64,000 bases of DNA from contig CANJVR010000003.1 of the NCBI GenBank assembly GCA_947478395.1, forward strand, positions 128,001-192,000. The letters are read 5' to 3'. The position numbers and the translations under genes were made by a program. Of the stretch, positions 8,760-19,666 are shown one piece after another. The notes beneath the pieces are model-generated. The model worked only from the letters and a program-made list of their open reading frames with translations, was not told where the DNA came from and made no database searches. Every line of letters starts with the position of its first letter. The first letter of the stretch is position 1. Source of the stretch: Opitutia bacterium. Lineage in GTDB: Bacteria > Verrucomicrobiota > Verrucomicrobiia > Opitutales > Opitutaceae.

Positions 8760-11579
8760 ATGGGCGAACTCCTGGAGCAGCATATCAGCACGCACCTCAC
8801 CTTCACGGGCGATGTAACCGCGGCCACCCGGCTGGCCGGCGCGAAAAATTTTTTGCGCGATGAGATGGATGCCATTCGCGCCCTACATAAGAGTGGCGCG
8901 CCGGGCTCAGCCGTGACCCGCGCCCGGGCCGACGCCGTGGACGCGTTGCTGGCGAAGCTATTCGACTGTGCCATCACCGCGTTCATCCGCGCGCAAGGTC
9001 CCTTACCCACGCCCGTCGCGCTGGTGGCTCTCGGTGGTTATGGCCGCGCGGAACTGGCCCCATGGAGCGACATCGACGTGATGTTTCTTTTTCCAGCGAA
9101 GACCAAGCCGGCGATCGCTAAACCGCTACAGGAGCACCTGACGCAGGAAATTCTGTATCCCCTTTGGGACTCCGGCCTGAAAGTCGGCCACTCCACCCGG
9201 ACGCTCGACGAGGTTTTTGTCGAGGCGCGCAAAGACATCCAAACCAAGACCGCGCTCCTGGAAGCCCGCCTGATTGCCGGTTCCGCGGCGCTTTACGAAA
9301 CTTTCGACAAGACTTACCGCAATTTCTACACGGGCGAGGAGCCCAAGGCCTACATCACGGCCCGCCTCGAAGACCAAGCCTCTCGGCGCGCGAAATTCGC
9401 CAACACGGTTTTCAATCAGGAGCCCGACATCAAAAACGGCGTCGGCGGCCTGCGCGATTACCAGAATGCGGTTTGGATGGCGCGAGTGAAACTCGGGATT
9501 ACCAGTCTCGACGACCTCGCAGCGCAGAACTACCTCAAGGCCGCGGACGTCGAGACGGCCCGCAACGCCTACGATTTTCTCCTCCGTGTGCGCAACGAGC
9601 TGCACTTCATGAGCCCGCGGCCGACGGACACGCTCAACCTTGATACCCAGCCGCCGCTGGCGCTCAACCTCGGCTATCTTGAACCGGATTTGCTGCTGCG
9701 CATCGAGCGGTTCATGCAGGACTACTATCGTGCGGTGCAGGAAATTTTCCGGGTTTCCAAACTTGTCGAGAGCCGCCTCGCCCTTGGTCTAACGAGCGGC
9801 AGTCAGGGCCTAAAGGGTTCGATTCGCGACGCGCTACGGATCAATCGCCTGCAACGTTCGAAGCGAATCGACGGCTTCGTCGTGCGCGGACGGGAACTCG
9901 CCGCCGAACGGCCGACCGTCTTCACCGAGGACCCGGTGCGGCTCATCCGTGTTTTTCGCCATGGGCAGCAACTGAACTGCACCCTCGATTTTCATCTCAC
10001 CGAACTCATTCGCGAGTCGCTGCCCCTGCTCACGCCCGCCGTCGCGCATTCGAACGATGCCAGCGTGACGCTGCGCGCGATCCTGTCCGAAGCCGGCTCA
10101 GTGTACCCGGCGCTCTCCCAGATGCACGAACTGCGCGTCCTCGGCCGGTTCCTCCCGGAGTTCGACGCGCTCACCTGTCTGGTGCAGCACGAATACTATC
10201 ACCGCTACACGGCGGACGTGCACACGTTGAACGCGATCAAGGAGCTGGACCGCATCTACACGGAGGCGGAGCCCATCACATTGAAGTATCGCGAGGTGCT
10301 TCATGAATTCTCCGACCACGCGTTGCTTTACCTCACGCTGTTATTGCACGACATCGGCAAAGCCGAAGGGATTCGCGGTCACTCCGAGTCGGGCGTGCGG
10401 CTGGCGCAGCCGCTGCTGGAACGGTTTGGCGTGTCGACGGAAGGGCGTGAACGCGTGGCCTTCGTGATAAAAAATCATCTCGCGATGGCACGATTCTGGC
10501 AGAAGCGTGACGTAGATGATCCCAACACCGCCGCCGCATTTGCCGACCTCGTCGTCGATGCCGACCGCCTGCGGATGCTCTACGTTCACACGTTCTGCGA
10601 CGCTCGCGCCACCGCCGCCGATCTCTGGAACAGTTACAAGGACACGCTTCACACCACGCTCTACCGCGCGACGTTAGAACGCCTCAAACACGGCCCCAAT
10701 CTCGCTGCCAACCACGAAGCCAAGAAGCTCATGACGCAACAGGAACTCATCGCCAAACGCATCCCCGGCATCAGCGAAGACGAGATCACCGCGCACTTCA
10801 GCTTGCTGCCGGACCGTTATTTTATCCACACGGATGGCAGCGAAATCGCGCTGCACATTCAGATGGTGAATAAATTATTCACCTCGATCGCCACGGCCGA
10901 TTCGGTGGGCTCATTGCGTCCGGTGATCGACTGGAAAGACGACCTGAACCGTTCGCTCACCGTCGTGAACATCGTGACGTGGGATCGGGCCGGCCTCTTC
11001 TATAAACTCGCCGGCGCGCTCAGCGTGGCGGGCTTGAGCATTCTCGGCGCGAAGGTAATTTCCCGCACCGACCACATCGCGATCGATACCTTCTACGTCG
11101 TCGAACCGGGCCGCGGCGTCGTGCAGAGTGCTGCCGCGCAGGAGATTTTCGCCAAGACGATCGAGGCGGCCCTCGTGGGCAACAAGGATCTGTACCCTGA
11201 AATCGTCGCCCAGGCGAAAAAGATTGCCGCTTCGCGCTATCTTTCGGCGCCGAACGGCGAAGCGTTGCACAGCTCCTTTCCGCCCACCGTCGAAGTCTAT
11301 CACGAACTTTCGATGCAGCGCACGATCGTCGAGATCCAGGCGCGCGATCAGATCGGCCTGCTGTACCGGCTGGCGAAAATCATTTCGGACCACAGCTTCG
11401 ACATCACGTTTGCCCGCATCGGCACCGAGCGCGGCGTCGCGATCGACACATTCTACATTGAGAGCGCGAATCACGCGCCGGTGGAAAACCCGGAACGCCT
11501 GCACGCCCTGCGCGAAGCGTTGGCCGAGGTCATCTCGATCGCACCCGTCGTCGCACCCTTAGCGGCGGTGGGCAGTTAG
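8760..11579 (+). CDS. glnD: [Protein-PII] uridylyltransferase / uridylyl-removing enzyme
   Basis: GGYGR...SDID nucleotidyltransferase motif, HD domain (LLHDIGK), two C-terminal ACT domains (DRAGLF, DQIGLL). Confidence 0.95.
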   Translation: MGELLEQHISTHLTFTGDVTAATRLAGAKNFLRDEMDAIRALHKSGAPGSAVTRARADAVDALLAKLFDCAITAFIRAQGPLPTPVALVALGGYGRAELAPWSDIDVMFLFPAKTKPAIAKPLQEHLTQEILYPLWDSGLKVGHSTRTLDEVFVEARKDIQTKTALLEARLIAGSAALYETFDKTYRNFYTGEEPKAYITARLEDQASRRAKFANTVFNQEPDIKNGVGGLRDYQNAVWMARVKLGITSLDDLAAQNYLKAADVETARNAYDFLLRVRNELHFMSPRPTDTLNLDTQPPLALNLGYLEPDLLLRIERFMQDYYRAVQEIFRVSKLVESRLALGLTSGSQGLKGSIRDALRINRLQRSKRIDGFVVRGRELAAERPTVFTEDPVRLIRVFRHGQQLNCTLDFHLTELIRESLPLLTPAVAHSNDASVTLRAILSEAGSVYPALSQMHELRVLGRFLPEFDALTCLVQHEYYHRYTADVHTLNAIKELDRIYTEAEPITLKYREVLHEFSDHALLYLTLLLHDIGKAEGIRGHSESGVRLAQPLLERFGVSTEGRERVAFVIKNHLAMARFWQKRDVDDPNTAAAFADLVVDADRLRMLYVHTFCDARATAADLWNSYKDTLHTTLYRATLERLKHGPNLAANHEAKKLMTQQELIAKRIPGISEDEITAHFSLLPDRYFIHTDGSEIALHIQMVNKLFTSIATADSVGSLRPVIDWKDDLNRSLTVVNIVTWDRAGLFYKLAGALSVAGLSILGAKVISRTDHIAIDTFYVVEPGRGVVQSAAAQEIFAKTIEAALVGNKDLYPEIVAQAKKIAASRYLSAPNGEALHSSFPPTVEVYHELSMQRTIVEIQARDQIGLLYRLAKIISDHSFDITFARIGTERGVAIDTFYIESANHAPVENPERLHALREALAEVISIAPVVAPLAAVGS

Positions 11580-11660
11580 GGCCGCCGGGGCCGAAGGTAG
11601 GGCGGGCACCTCCCGAACTTTTCCTTGCACGCCTTTCGTGCGCTCGCCCGACTGGATTGC

Positions 11661-13364
11661 ATGCCAGCGCCGACGTCCGCCGCCTCCCATTTGATCACAC
11701 TGGGACGCATCACCGCCCTCGGCCTGCACAGCGAGGACGCGTCGAGTGTTCTTCCCCAGCTTCTAGGGGAATTGTTGCAACATTTCAACGCGTCCGCGGG
11801 TTCGATCTCCCTGCTCAACCCCGATTCTGGACGGCTTGAGATCGAGGCCCAATTCGGCTTACCCGAGGACTATCGCGAGGTGGCCCTTCGACTCGGCCAG
11901 GGTATCACCGGCTGGGTCGCCTTTCATGGCCGGCCGCAACTCGTACCCGACGTCGCGCGCGATCATCGCTACGTTCGTATCCGGCCGACCGCCTGCGCCG
12001 AGATCGCCGCGCCCATGGAAGACCATGGTCAGGTGCTCGGCGTGATCAGCCTCGATAGCGATACGCCCGGCGCGTTTACCGAGTCCGATCTGCAGCTGCT
12101 GATGCGTTTCACCGCCGAGATCACCGCGGTCCTGCAGCGCCTCTGGCAGCTGGGCCACCTGAAAGCGAAGGCGCGCCAGCTTGAAACGCTGATCACCACC
12201 GGCCAGTCGCTCGTCGCGAAACTCGAACCGCAAGAGCTATTTGACACCCTCGCCCGCGATGCCCGCACCGTGCTCTCCGCCCGCGCGTGCGCGCTTTACC
12301 TGTACGATCCCGTGGCAGCGACGTTGCGTTTCGCCGCGCTCACCAGCGCGCAGCTCACTCCTTTACCCGCAGAAAACCTCGCGCTCAACTCCTGCGCATT
12401 TGCGGGCGCGGTCACGACCCGCCGGGCGGTCACGTTTCAGAATATCCAGTCGCCCGAATTTCACGACCTGCTCGACCTGCCGCGGGATCCGTCCCTGCAC
12501 TCCGTTCTCGCCATCCCTCTGGTTTTCGAAGGCGAGGTCTTGGGCGTCCTCGCGATCTTCACCGATCGACCCCACCGCTTCGACAACGACGAGAAACGGC
12601 TCTGCGCCGCCCTCGCCTCGCTCGGCGCGGTCGCGTTGCAAAACTCCCGGCTCTACACGCGGGTGTTTCAAAGCGAGGATTCGCTGCGCAAGAACGAGCG
12701 CCTCACCACCCTTGGCCTGCTCGCCGCCGAAATCGCGCACGAGATCCGCAATCCGCTTACGGTGCTCAAACTGCTTCATGGCGGCTTGGGACTCGATTTT
12801 CCCGACGGCGATCCGCGCCAAACCGACATGCGCGTCATCGGCGACAAACTCGACCAGCTCGAGGCCATCGTCACGCGGGTCCTCAATTTCGCGAAGGCAC
12901 CGACGAGCCTCCACACGCGCTGTTCGCTCGCCGAAATCATCCAGGACACGTTTGTCCTGATCCGGCTGAAGCTCGCGCAGAGCAAAATCTCGCTGCACTT
13001 CGACGCGCCCCAACGTCCGTTCGTCGTCGAAGGCCATCAAGGTCAGCTGCAGCAGGTGCTCCTGAATCTGATCCTCAACGCGATGCAGGCGATGCCGGAA
13101 GGGGGCACGATCACGCTCACGTTGACCGCGCGGTTGCTCGACCCGGGGTCCGTGGCCGTGCTCGACATCATCGACACCGGCACGGGCATTCCCGTGGCCA
13201 TTCGCGAGCGCATCTTCGATTCATTCCTTTCGGGCCGGCCGGGAGGGACCGGCTTGGGGCTCGCCATCGCCAAACGCGTGCTCCTTTCCCACCATGGTGA
13301 CATCGCGCTCGTCAGCACCAGCAACGCCGGTACCACCATGCGCCTCACCCTCCCGCTCGTATGA
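11661..13364 (+). CDS. Cytoplasmic GAF-GAF sensor histidine kinase (NtrB-like kinase core)
   Basis: Two GAF domains; H-box AHEIRNPL, N-box LNLILNAMQAM, DTGTGI and GTGLGL G-boxes; no transmembrane segment evident. Confidence 0.92.
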   Translation: MPAPTSAASHLITLGRITALGLHSEDASSVLPQLLGELLQHFNASAGSISLLNPDSGRLEIEAQFGLPEDYREVALRLGQGITGWVAFHGRPQLVPDVARDHRYVRIRPTACAEIAAPMEDHGQVLGVISLDSDTPGAFTESDLQLLMRFTAEITAVLQRLWQLGHLKAKARQLETLITTGQSLVAKLEPQELFDTLARDARTVLSARACALYLYDPVAATLRFAALTSAQLTPLPAENLALNSCAFAGAVTTRRAVTFQNIQSPEFHDLLDLPRDPSLHSVLAIPLVFEGEVLGVLAIFTDRPHRFDNDEKRLCAALASLGAVALQNSRLYTRVFQSEDSLRKNERLTTLGLLAAEIAHEIRNPLTVLKLLHGGLGLDFPDGDPRQTDMRVIGDKLDQLEAIVTRVLNFAKAPTSLHTRCSLAEIIQDTFVLIRLKLAQSKISLHFDAPQRPFVVEGHQGQLQQVLLNLILNAMQAMPEGGTITLTLTARLLDPGSVAVLDIIDTGTGIPVAIRERIFDSFLSGRPGGTGLGLAIAKRVLLSHHGDIALVSTSNAGTTMRLTLPLV

Positions 13365-13419
13365 GTCGTATCCAGCCCAAAATCCGCCCCGCCTCACGCT
13401 ACTGCGGTTGAAATAATTT

Positions 13420-13647
13420 ATGGACGCCGAGAATCCACCCCCGCCAGAGCAGACCCCGAACGAGTCGACCCAGCGCCAGCGCACGACCGTTTATTTCGGG
13501 TGCGCACTTCTCATTTCCTATGCGGTCATCCTGCTGGCCCTGCCCAGCGCGAAACTTTCGCTCCCCGCCCGACTGGCCTTCGCGGCCGGCAACCTGGTGG
13601 CCGCGGCGGTGCTCTGGCTGGTCGCCCGGCAGAGTTCGAAAAAATAA
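13420..13647 (+). CDS. Small two-helix membrane protein, hypothetical
   Basis: 75 aa with two hydrophobic segments and a basic C-terminus. Confidence 0.55.
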   Translation: MDAENPPPPEQTPNESTQRQRTTVYFGCALLISYAVILLALPSAKLSLPARLAFAAGNLVAAAVLWLVARQSSKK

Positions 13648-13971
13648 TTCCGATGCTTCGGAAACTCCCGCGGAGAAGTCGCTGAAAAAGGGGCTCAGTC
13701 CTTTGAGCTGCGGAAATGCTGGTGATTAAAATCGAACCGTTTGGGGCGCCAGCTGACCGACGCACCGCCCGGCTTTGCCCGGCGGTATTGTGGGGCATGG
13801 CGTTTGGCCAGGAATCTCCGCCGCTTGCGGCCTTACCGTGCGGTAAACCCGAGCCCGCCGTTTTTTTGCCCGCCGTCTCACGCCAAATTTTCCCGCCAAT
13901 CCGACCATTCCGTTGCATCTCCGGAGTTGCACTCGGACTACCCGATGGCTCTGTGTTCGGTTCTATCTCAT

Positions 13972-14916
13972 ATGTCAGCCACCGTTGAAAACGTCGTTAT
14001 TATCGGCACAGGTTGCGCGGGACTCACCGCGGCGATTTACACCGGCCGCGCCAACCTCAGCCCCCTCGTCTTGGAAGGTCCCCTGCCCGGCGGACAACTC
14101 ACGACCACCAGCGAAGTGGAGAATTTCCCCGGGTTCCCGCACGGCGTGGATGGCTTTCAGCTGACGCAAAACATGCGCGAGCAAGCCACGCGTTTCGGTA
14201 CGCGTTTCGAACAGGCGATGGTCGTGTCGGTCGATTTCACGACGATGCCGCGAAAACTCGTCTGCGCGGACCGCACGATCCTGGCCAAAACGGTGATCAT
14301 CGCCACCGGCGCTTCGCCCCGCCTGACCGGTATTCCCGGCGAAAAGGAACTCTACGGCGGCAAAGGCGTGACAACCTGCGCGACCTGCGATGGCGCCTTC
14401 TACCGAAAAATGGAAGTGGCCGTGCTCGGCGGCGGCGACAGTGCCGCGGAGGAAGCACTGTTTCTCACCCGCTTCGCCAGCAAAGTGTATCTCGTTCACC
14501 GCCGCGACACATTGCGTGCTTCGAAAATTATGGCTGATCGCGCCGTCGCGCATGAAAAAATCCAGATGGTCTGGGACACGATCCCCGTGGAAGTCCTCGG
14601 CGTCGATGCCGGCGCCGTTAATGGCTTGAAAGTGAAAAATATCAAGACGGGCGCGGAATCCGTTCTGCCGGTGAAGGGCATTTTTGTCGCGATCGGTCAC
14701 ATCCCCAACACGGGACCTTTTGCCCCACCGCTCGAGGTAGACGAAGGCGGCTATTTCAAGCCCCAGCCAGGCTCACAGGTGCAGACCAACATTCCCGGTA
14801 TCTATGTGGCGGGTGATTGCTCGGATCACATTTACCGGCAGGCGATCACCGCGGCCGGCATGGGCTGCGCGGCAGCCATCGAAGCGGAACGCTGGTTGGC
14901 CGAGCACGGCGGATAA
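13972..14916 (+). CDS. trxB: Thioredoxin-disulfide reductase
   Basis: [22 protein letters not shown] active site, [19 protein letters not shown]. Confidence 0.97.
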   Translation: MSATVENVVIIGTGCAGLTAAIYTGRANLSPLVLEGPLPGGQLTTTSEVENFPGFPHGVDGFQLTQNMREQATRFGTRFEQAMVVSVDFTTMPRKLVCADRTILAKTVIIATGASPRLTGIPGEKELYGGKGVTTCATCDGAFYRKMEVAVLGGGDSAAEEALFLTRFASKVYLVHRRDTLRASKIMADRAVAHEKIQMVWDTIPVEVLGVDAGAVNGLKVKNIKTGAESVLPVKGIFVAIGHIPNTGPFAPPLEVDEGGYFKPQPGSQVQTNIPGIYVAGDCSDHIYRQAITAAGMGCAAAIEAERWLAEHGG

Positions 14917-15322
14917 GCCAGCGCCTCAAAGTCCACGTCCAACAAAGACCACGCTTCCAGCCGCGACAAAAGTGCGGGGCATTACGGATCGATAAGATGA
15001 CCGCCGGTGCAGATCGCATCGACGCCGGTGACTTGGCCGACTGGCGAAAACCGTCAGCGTCTATTAACGAAGGGGGCCGGGAGCGGAGGGGGCGGTAGCA
15101 CCACGACGGGAGGACGGGAAGTGGATTTGCCGCCACCGCCGGAGCAGGTTCGAGGATTGAAATCCGGCGCAATTGCCGGGCTTGGTTTCAGGCCTATTGG
15201 GACGCGCGCCGTTGAAGTCCCTTGCCCTAGCGAAGTGAATATATCCGCGGTAAATCGCTGCTCCGCATGATCCGCGAGGACTTCTAATTTGACGATATTC
15301 TCGCGCGCACTGAGCTCGTGCC

Positions 15323-18298
15323 ATGATCCCCCCGCACTCGTTTCTGCGAATTTTCTCGGCCATCGCGGCGCTCGCAACGGTTCTGCACGCGCAACCTGCA
15401 CCGCTCGTCGTCACGCCCACGGCGAGCAACTCGCAAACCCTCAACGGCCCGTGGCGCTTCAAATATCTGCCCGTTGCCAAGCTTGCCCCCAACGCTCCTG
15501 AAACCGCCTTTTCGGCGGCCACGTTCGACGACACAAGTTGGTCGCAGATCGCCGTTCCGGCCCACTGGGAACTAGCCGGTTTCGCCGAACCTCGTTACGG
15601 CAAAACCCTCGCCGAAGGCACGGGACTTTATCGTCGGATGTTCAGCGTGCCCGCGGCCTGGAACGGCCAGCACATTTTTCTCCGCTTCGATGGCGTGCTC
15701 TCGGGCTTCGAAGTTTTCATCAACGGCACCCGCATCGGCGAATGGGCCAGCGGCTACAACGCCGTCGCGTTCGACATCACGTCCGCCCTGCGCGCGGGCC
15801 CCGACAATCTCATCGCGGTGAACGTCACCACCCGCAGCAAAGGCTGGGAGTTCGACACCAACGACTGCTGGGCGCTCTCCGGGATCTATCGCGACGTCAC
15901 GCTCTTCGCCGTACCCGCCGTCCACTTCCAAGACTACGCCACGCAGACCAAACTGAACGCCGACGGCTCCGCCACGCTCACTCTTTCCGCCACCGCGAGC
16001 GAAGCATCCAACGTCAGCGGCCGCCTGCTCGCTCCCGACGGCAAACTCGTGCGCGAATTTCAGTTCGCGACGTCCGCATCGGCGACGCTGGTCGTCACCC
16101 AACCGCAACTTTGGACCGCTGAAACTCCCTCGCTCTACACGCTCGAACTCGCCCTGGCCTCCGGCCAGAAGGTGACCGAAAAAATCGGCCTGCGCGAAAT
16201 TACGATCGTCGACGGCGTGCTGCAACTGAACGGGCGGCCGATCAAACTGCGCGGCGTCGATCACCACGACATGTGGCCCGACGTTGGCCGCGCCGCCACC
16301 GAAGCCCACCTCCGCCGCGATCTCGATCTGATCAAGGCCGCCAACATCAATTTCGTGCGCACCTCCCACTACCCGCCGCACCGCCGCCTCCTCGCGCTCT
16401 GCGACGAGATGGGAATTTATGTGATGGACGAAGTCCCGTTCGGTTTCGGCGACGAACATCTCACCGACCCGACGTATCAGGAAAGTCTACTCACTCGCGC
16501 CGACGCCACCGTGGCCCGCGATCGCAATCATCCCTCGATCATTGTGTGGAGCATCGGCAACGAAAACCCCAACACGCCGCTCACCTTCGCCACCGCGCGC
16601 CGCGTCAAAGCGCTCGATCCCACCCGACCGGTGTGTTTCCCGCAGGTCGGCTCCTATTTCGCCCGCACGTTCGCCGAGCTCCCCGCCGACATCGACATCT
16701 ACGCGCCGCACTATCCGGTCGTCTCCACCGTGCGCGACTACGCCACGCGCATGACGCGTCCAGTGATTTTCACCGAGTACGCCCACGCGCTCGGCCTCGC
16801 GAGCGATCGCATCCAGGAGGAGTGGGCCATCATGCAAGCCAGCCCGCGCATCGCCGGCGGCGCCGTCTGGATGTTTCAGGATCAAGGCATCCTGCGTCCC
16901 GCCACGGCCCGTCCGAAAGCCGACCGCACCGATTTCTACGTGTGGCCGGACGCCAATCATTACTACGACACCGACCTCAACCAAGGCGCCGACGGCATCG
17001 TTTACTCTGATCGTACACCGCAGACTGATTACTGGCAGGTGCGGAAGGTCTACTCGCCCGTGCAAGTGCAGGAGCGCAGCCTGACCGTGCGCCCCGGCGC
17101 GCAGACGATCGCGCTGCACGTCGAGAATCGCTTCGATTTTCGCTCGCTCGCCGGACTCGATTTCAAATGGGAAATTCAGCGCAACGGCGTCGCCGAACAA
17201 AGCGGTCACCTCCCGCTCCGCGCCGCGGCCCGCACCACCGAGGAAGCGACGCTTGCGCTGACGTTTCCCTCCGACATCGCCGGCACCGATGTTTTCACCC
17301 TGGCGCTCCGCTGTGCGGACGGAACCGCCCCGTCATTCTACGAGCACACCGTGCGGCTTGGCTCTGGCGGCGACGCCAGCACGGCAATCGCAAAAATTCT
17401 TCCCACCCTCGCTGCCGGTTCCGCTCTCACCATCGATGAGCAACCCGCGACCCTTCGCGTCACCCACGTCGGCGGTGAGGTGAAAGTGGATCGCGCCACG
17501 GGTGAAATCACGTTGTTCGATCGGGCCGGCACGACGCTCGCAAGCGGACTTTTTCCGCACATCGGCCGCCGTTTCACGGAAACAGAACTGTTACGCGCTC
17601 CCCGCGATGGGCTGTGGACGGGCGCGTTTCTTCGCACGCCTGCAACCGTGGCCGTTGAACTCTCCCGTGAGGCGGATGGCAGCGCCACGATTCTGATCCG
17701 CGGTCGCTATCCGCGTCCCGACGCAGCCGACCAAGCGCTCGAAGGCAGCCACCGCGTAGTCGTGCGCGCCGACGGCACGCTTGAAGTGAGCTACGACTAC
17801 AAATTCGCCGGCGGCAAAGGCGCGATCCTCGAGGCGGGCATCTCCCTGCTCGTGCCGGCGGAAGCGGGCAGCTTCCGCTGGCTCGGTGCCGGTCCCTACG
17901 CGGGCTATCCCGGCAAAGACGTGTTGAACAACTTTGGCGCCTATCACCTCCACCGCGACGACCTCCGTTTCCAAGGCAATCATCGCGATGTCGAAGCCGC
18001 TCTGCTCGCACGCCCCACAGGCGCCGGGCTCGCTCTTTTCGGCCTGAAGCTCGACCTCGCCGTCGAACGCGTGCGCGAAGGCACCGTAGTCAGTCACAAC
18101 GCGATCATTTCCAGTCTCGGCAACAAAGGCTCGAGCCCGGAAATAAACCTGCGCGCGGAAAACATTCCCGCCCTGTCCGGCCGGTTTACACTGCTACCCC
18201 TTGGTCCGGAATGGCCGTCGGTTTTGACCCGTTGGTTCGGAGCGTCCCGGGAAGTCGTCGCCGTCCAACAACCCTTCTATCACAGCTACGATCAATGA
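15323..18298 (+). CDS. Secreted glycoside hydrolase family 2 (beta-galactosidase-like)
   Basis: Signal peptide; LSGIYRDV, NINFVRTSHYP, RDRNHPSIIVWSIGNE (acid/base), TEYAHA (nucleophile). Confidence 0.93.
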   Translation: MIPPHSFLRIFSAIAALATVLHAQPAPLVVTPTASNSQTLNGPWRFKYLPVAKLAPNAPETAFSAATFDDTSWSQIAVPAHWELAGFAEPRYGKTLAEGTGLYRRMFSVPAAWNGQHIFLRFDGVLSGFEVFINGTRIGEWASGYNAVAFDITSALRAGPDNLIAVNVTTRSKGWEFDTNDCWALSGIYRDVTLFAVPAVHFQDYATQTKLNADGSATLTLSATASEASNVSGRLLAPDGKLVREFQFATSASATLVVTQPQLWTAETPSLYTLELALASGQKVTEKIGLREITIVDGVLQLNGRPIKLRGVDHHDMWPDVGRAATEAHLRRDLDLIKAANINFVRTSHYPPHRRLLALCDEMGIYVMDEVPFGFGDEHLTDPTYQESLLTRADATVARDRNHPSIIVWSIGNENPNTPLTFATARRVKALDPTRPVCFPQVGSYFARTFAELPADIDIYAPHYPVVSTVRDYATRMTRPVIFTEYAHALGLASDRIQEEWAIMQASPRIAGGAVWMFQDQGILRPATARPKADRTDFYVWPDANHYYDTDLNQGADGIVYSDRTPQTDYWQVRKVYSPVQVQERSLTVRPGAQTIALHVENRFDFRSLAGLDFKWEIQRNGVAEQSGHLPLRAAARTTEEATLALTFPSDIAGTDVFTLALRCADGTAPSFYEHTVRLGSGGDASTAIAKILPTLAAGSALTIDEQPATLRVTHVGGEVKVDRATGEITLFDRAGTTLASGLFPHIGRRFTETELLRAPRDGLWTGAFLRTPATVAVELSREADGSATILIRGRYPRPDAADQALEGSHRVVVRADGTLEVSYDYKFAGGKGAILEAGISLLVPAEAGSFRWLGAGPYAGYPGKDVLNNFGAYHLHRDDLRFQGNHRDVEAALLARPTGAGLALFGLKLDLAVERVREGTVVSHNAIISSLGNKGSSPEINLRAENIPALSGRFTLLPLGPEWPSVLTRWFGASREVVAVQQPFYHSYDQ

Positions 18299-18338
18299 TT
18301 CTCGCCCACGTGCGCGACGGACTTCATTTCGAGCGGCG

Positions 18339-18875
18339 ATGAAAGCTTGCCCCTGGCGCTCGTGCCTCCCGCTCACTGTCGTATTTTTCCTCTGTCATTC
18401 CGCGCGCGGGGCGGAAGCACCCGCCCCGGCTTTCCAAGCCGGTCTCGACGTCACGCTGGAAGCCACCGCGGGCGTTAGCGGCGGTGCCCGTACCGTTCGC
18501 TCCGAAGAAGCCGCTCGCCCCTCGGGAACTTTGTCGCTGAAAGCAACGTCGAGGGGGGTCCCCGCACCCGCCTAAACTCGTGGTGGCCTGAGAAAGAATT
18601 CGCCTCGTGGTCCATCCGCCCCGGCACGTTGCTGCGGGCAAAGAATTTACCGGCACCGACGCGGGATGCCATTTGGCCAAGAGCGCCTGCGGCTGGCCCT
18701 CTTTTATCCCCAAGAATACCGTCAACCCCGGCTCGGCGTGTACGACGGCGCCCCCTTCGACTCCACGATCGGCGATCCCACGGTCAACCACGACGGCCTG
18801 CACTCCCGCGTCAGCGGCGATCAAGACTCGCTGATCATTAGCAAACTCGCCGGCGGAAGACCTACTCTGGCTTGA
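18339..18875 (+). pseudogene. Degraded carbohydrate-selective porin (OprB family) remnant
   Basis: Signal peptide plus AGVSGGAR in one frame; EFTGTDAG...SACGWPSFIPKNTVNPG in a second frame; LGVYDGAPFDSTIGDPTVNHDGLH in the first frame again. These segments resemble OprB porins but are broken by frameshifts, stops and deletions. Confidence 0.6.
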
Positions 18876-19085
18876 CGCGCTTGAAAGCCGCTGAGGGGAC
18901 CTCTATGCGGGCAATTCATCGGCCACCCGGGCGGGAGTTCACTGCTGCGCGACGCATTGCTCTGCACGTTTCGCGCCTGCCTCAGCTTTTAGGGGCCGAA
19001 CCCATGCCGCAGGCCGTCCGCTCGCGAACGCTCCGGCGCTCGCAAGCGAGCTGACGCGCCTTGATTTCAGCGCCATCGCTTGAAC

Positions 19086-19130
19086 TTAGAATAGTTCTAA
19101 CTCCAGCTTGATATTTAGAACCATTCCAAT
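19086..19130. promoter_or_regulatory. Two Fur-family operator boxes (ICE/Irr-like TTAGAA-N3-TTCTAA)
   Basis: TTAGAA-TAG-TTCTAA at 19086-19100 and TTTAGAA-CCA-TTCCAAT at 19114-19130, immediately upstream of the Fur-family gene and suf operon. Confidence 0.7.
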
Positions 19131-19148
19131 TTGCTGCTCCCTCGCTCC

Positions 19149-19604
19149 ATGAGTTCCCCCTCCACATCCACCCTTCCCGGTCCACTGGCCCAGCGTCTCG
19201 CTGACAGTGGCCTGCGCTCCACCCCGCAGCGCGAAGTCGTTTACGACGTGCTGTTAAAAAAGCGCGATCACCCGACCGCCGACGAAGTATTTATCCGAGT
19301 TCGGTCCGAGCTTTCCGGCATCTCCCTCGCCACGGTCTACAACTGCCTGGAAACTTTGGTCCAGTGCAACTTGGTCCGGGCGGTGAATTTCGAGCGTGGC
19401 CCGACGCGTTATTGTCCGAATCTCCACCCGCACGCGCATTTTCACGACGAACACAGCGGCGAGACGCACGATGTTGATCTGCCGCCGTCACTGTTCGCTA
19501 AGTTAAAATCCGAGCTGCCCGCCGGCTTCGAAGCGGAAGCCATCGAGATCACGTTTCGCGGCAAGGCCTGTGCCAGTAGCGAACATCGGGGACCGAGCAG
19601 ATAA
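19149..19604 (+). CDS. Fur-family transcriptional regulator (PerR/Irr-like)
   Basis: [31 protein letters not shown]; no CxxC pairs. Confidence 0.9.
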   Translation: MSSPSTSTLPGPLAQRLADSGLRSTPQREVVYDVLLKKRDHPTADEVFIRVRSELSGISLATVYNCLETLVQCNLVRAVNFERGPTRYCPNLHPHAHFHDEHSGETHDVDLPPSLFAKLKSELPAGFEAEAIEITFRGKACASSEHRGPSR

Positions 19605-19666
19605 CGGGTCCCACTTCCTTTAAACCCTACCCGCTGCTTACCACTCGCTCCTTTTATTTTTCTGCC

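Noticed and set aside
13741..13971. N-terminal extensions in the ORF track (trxB, gyrB, valS, deoC, TrmH and others)
   Set aside because: Family similarity begins at downstream ATGs, and several of the extensions overlap promoter-like motifs.
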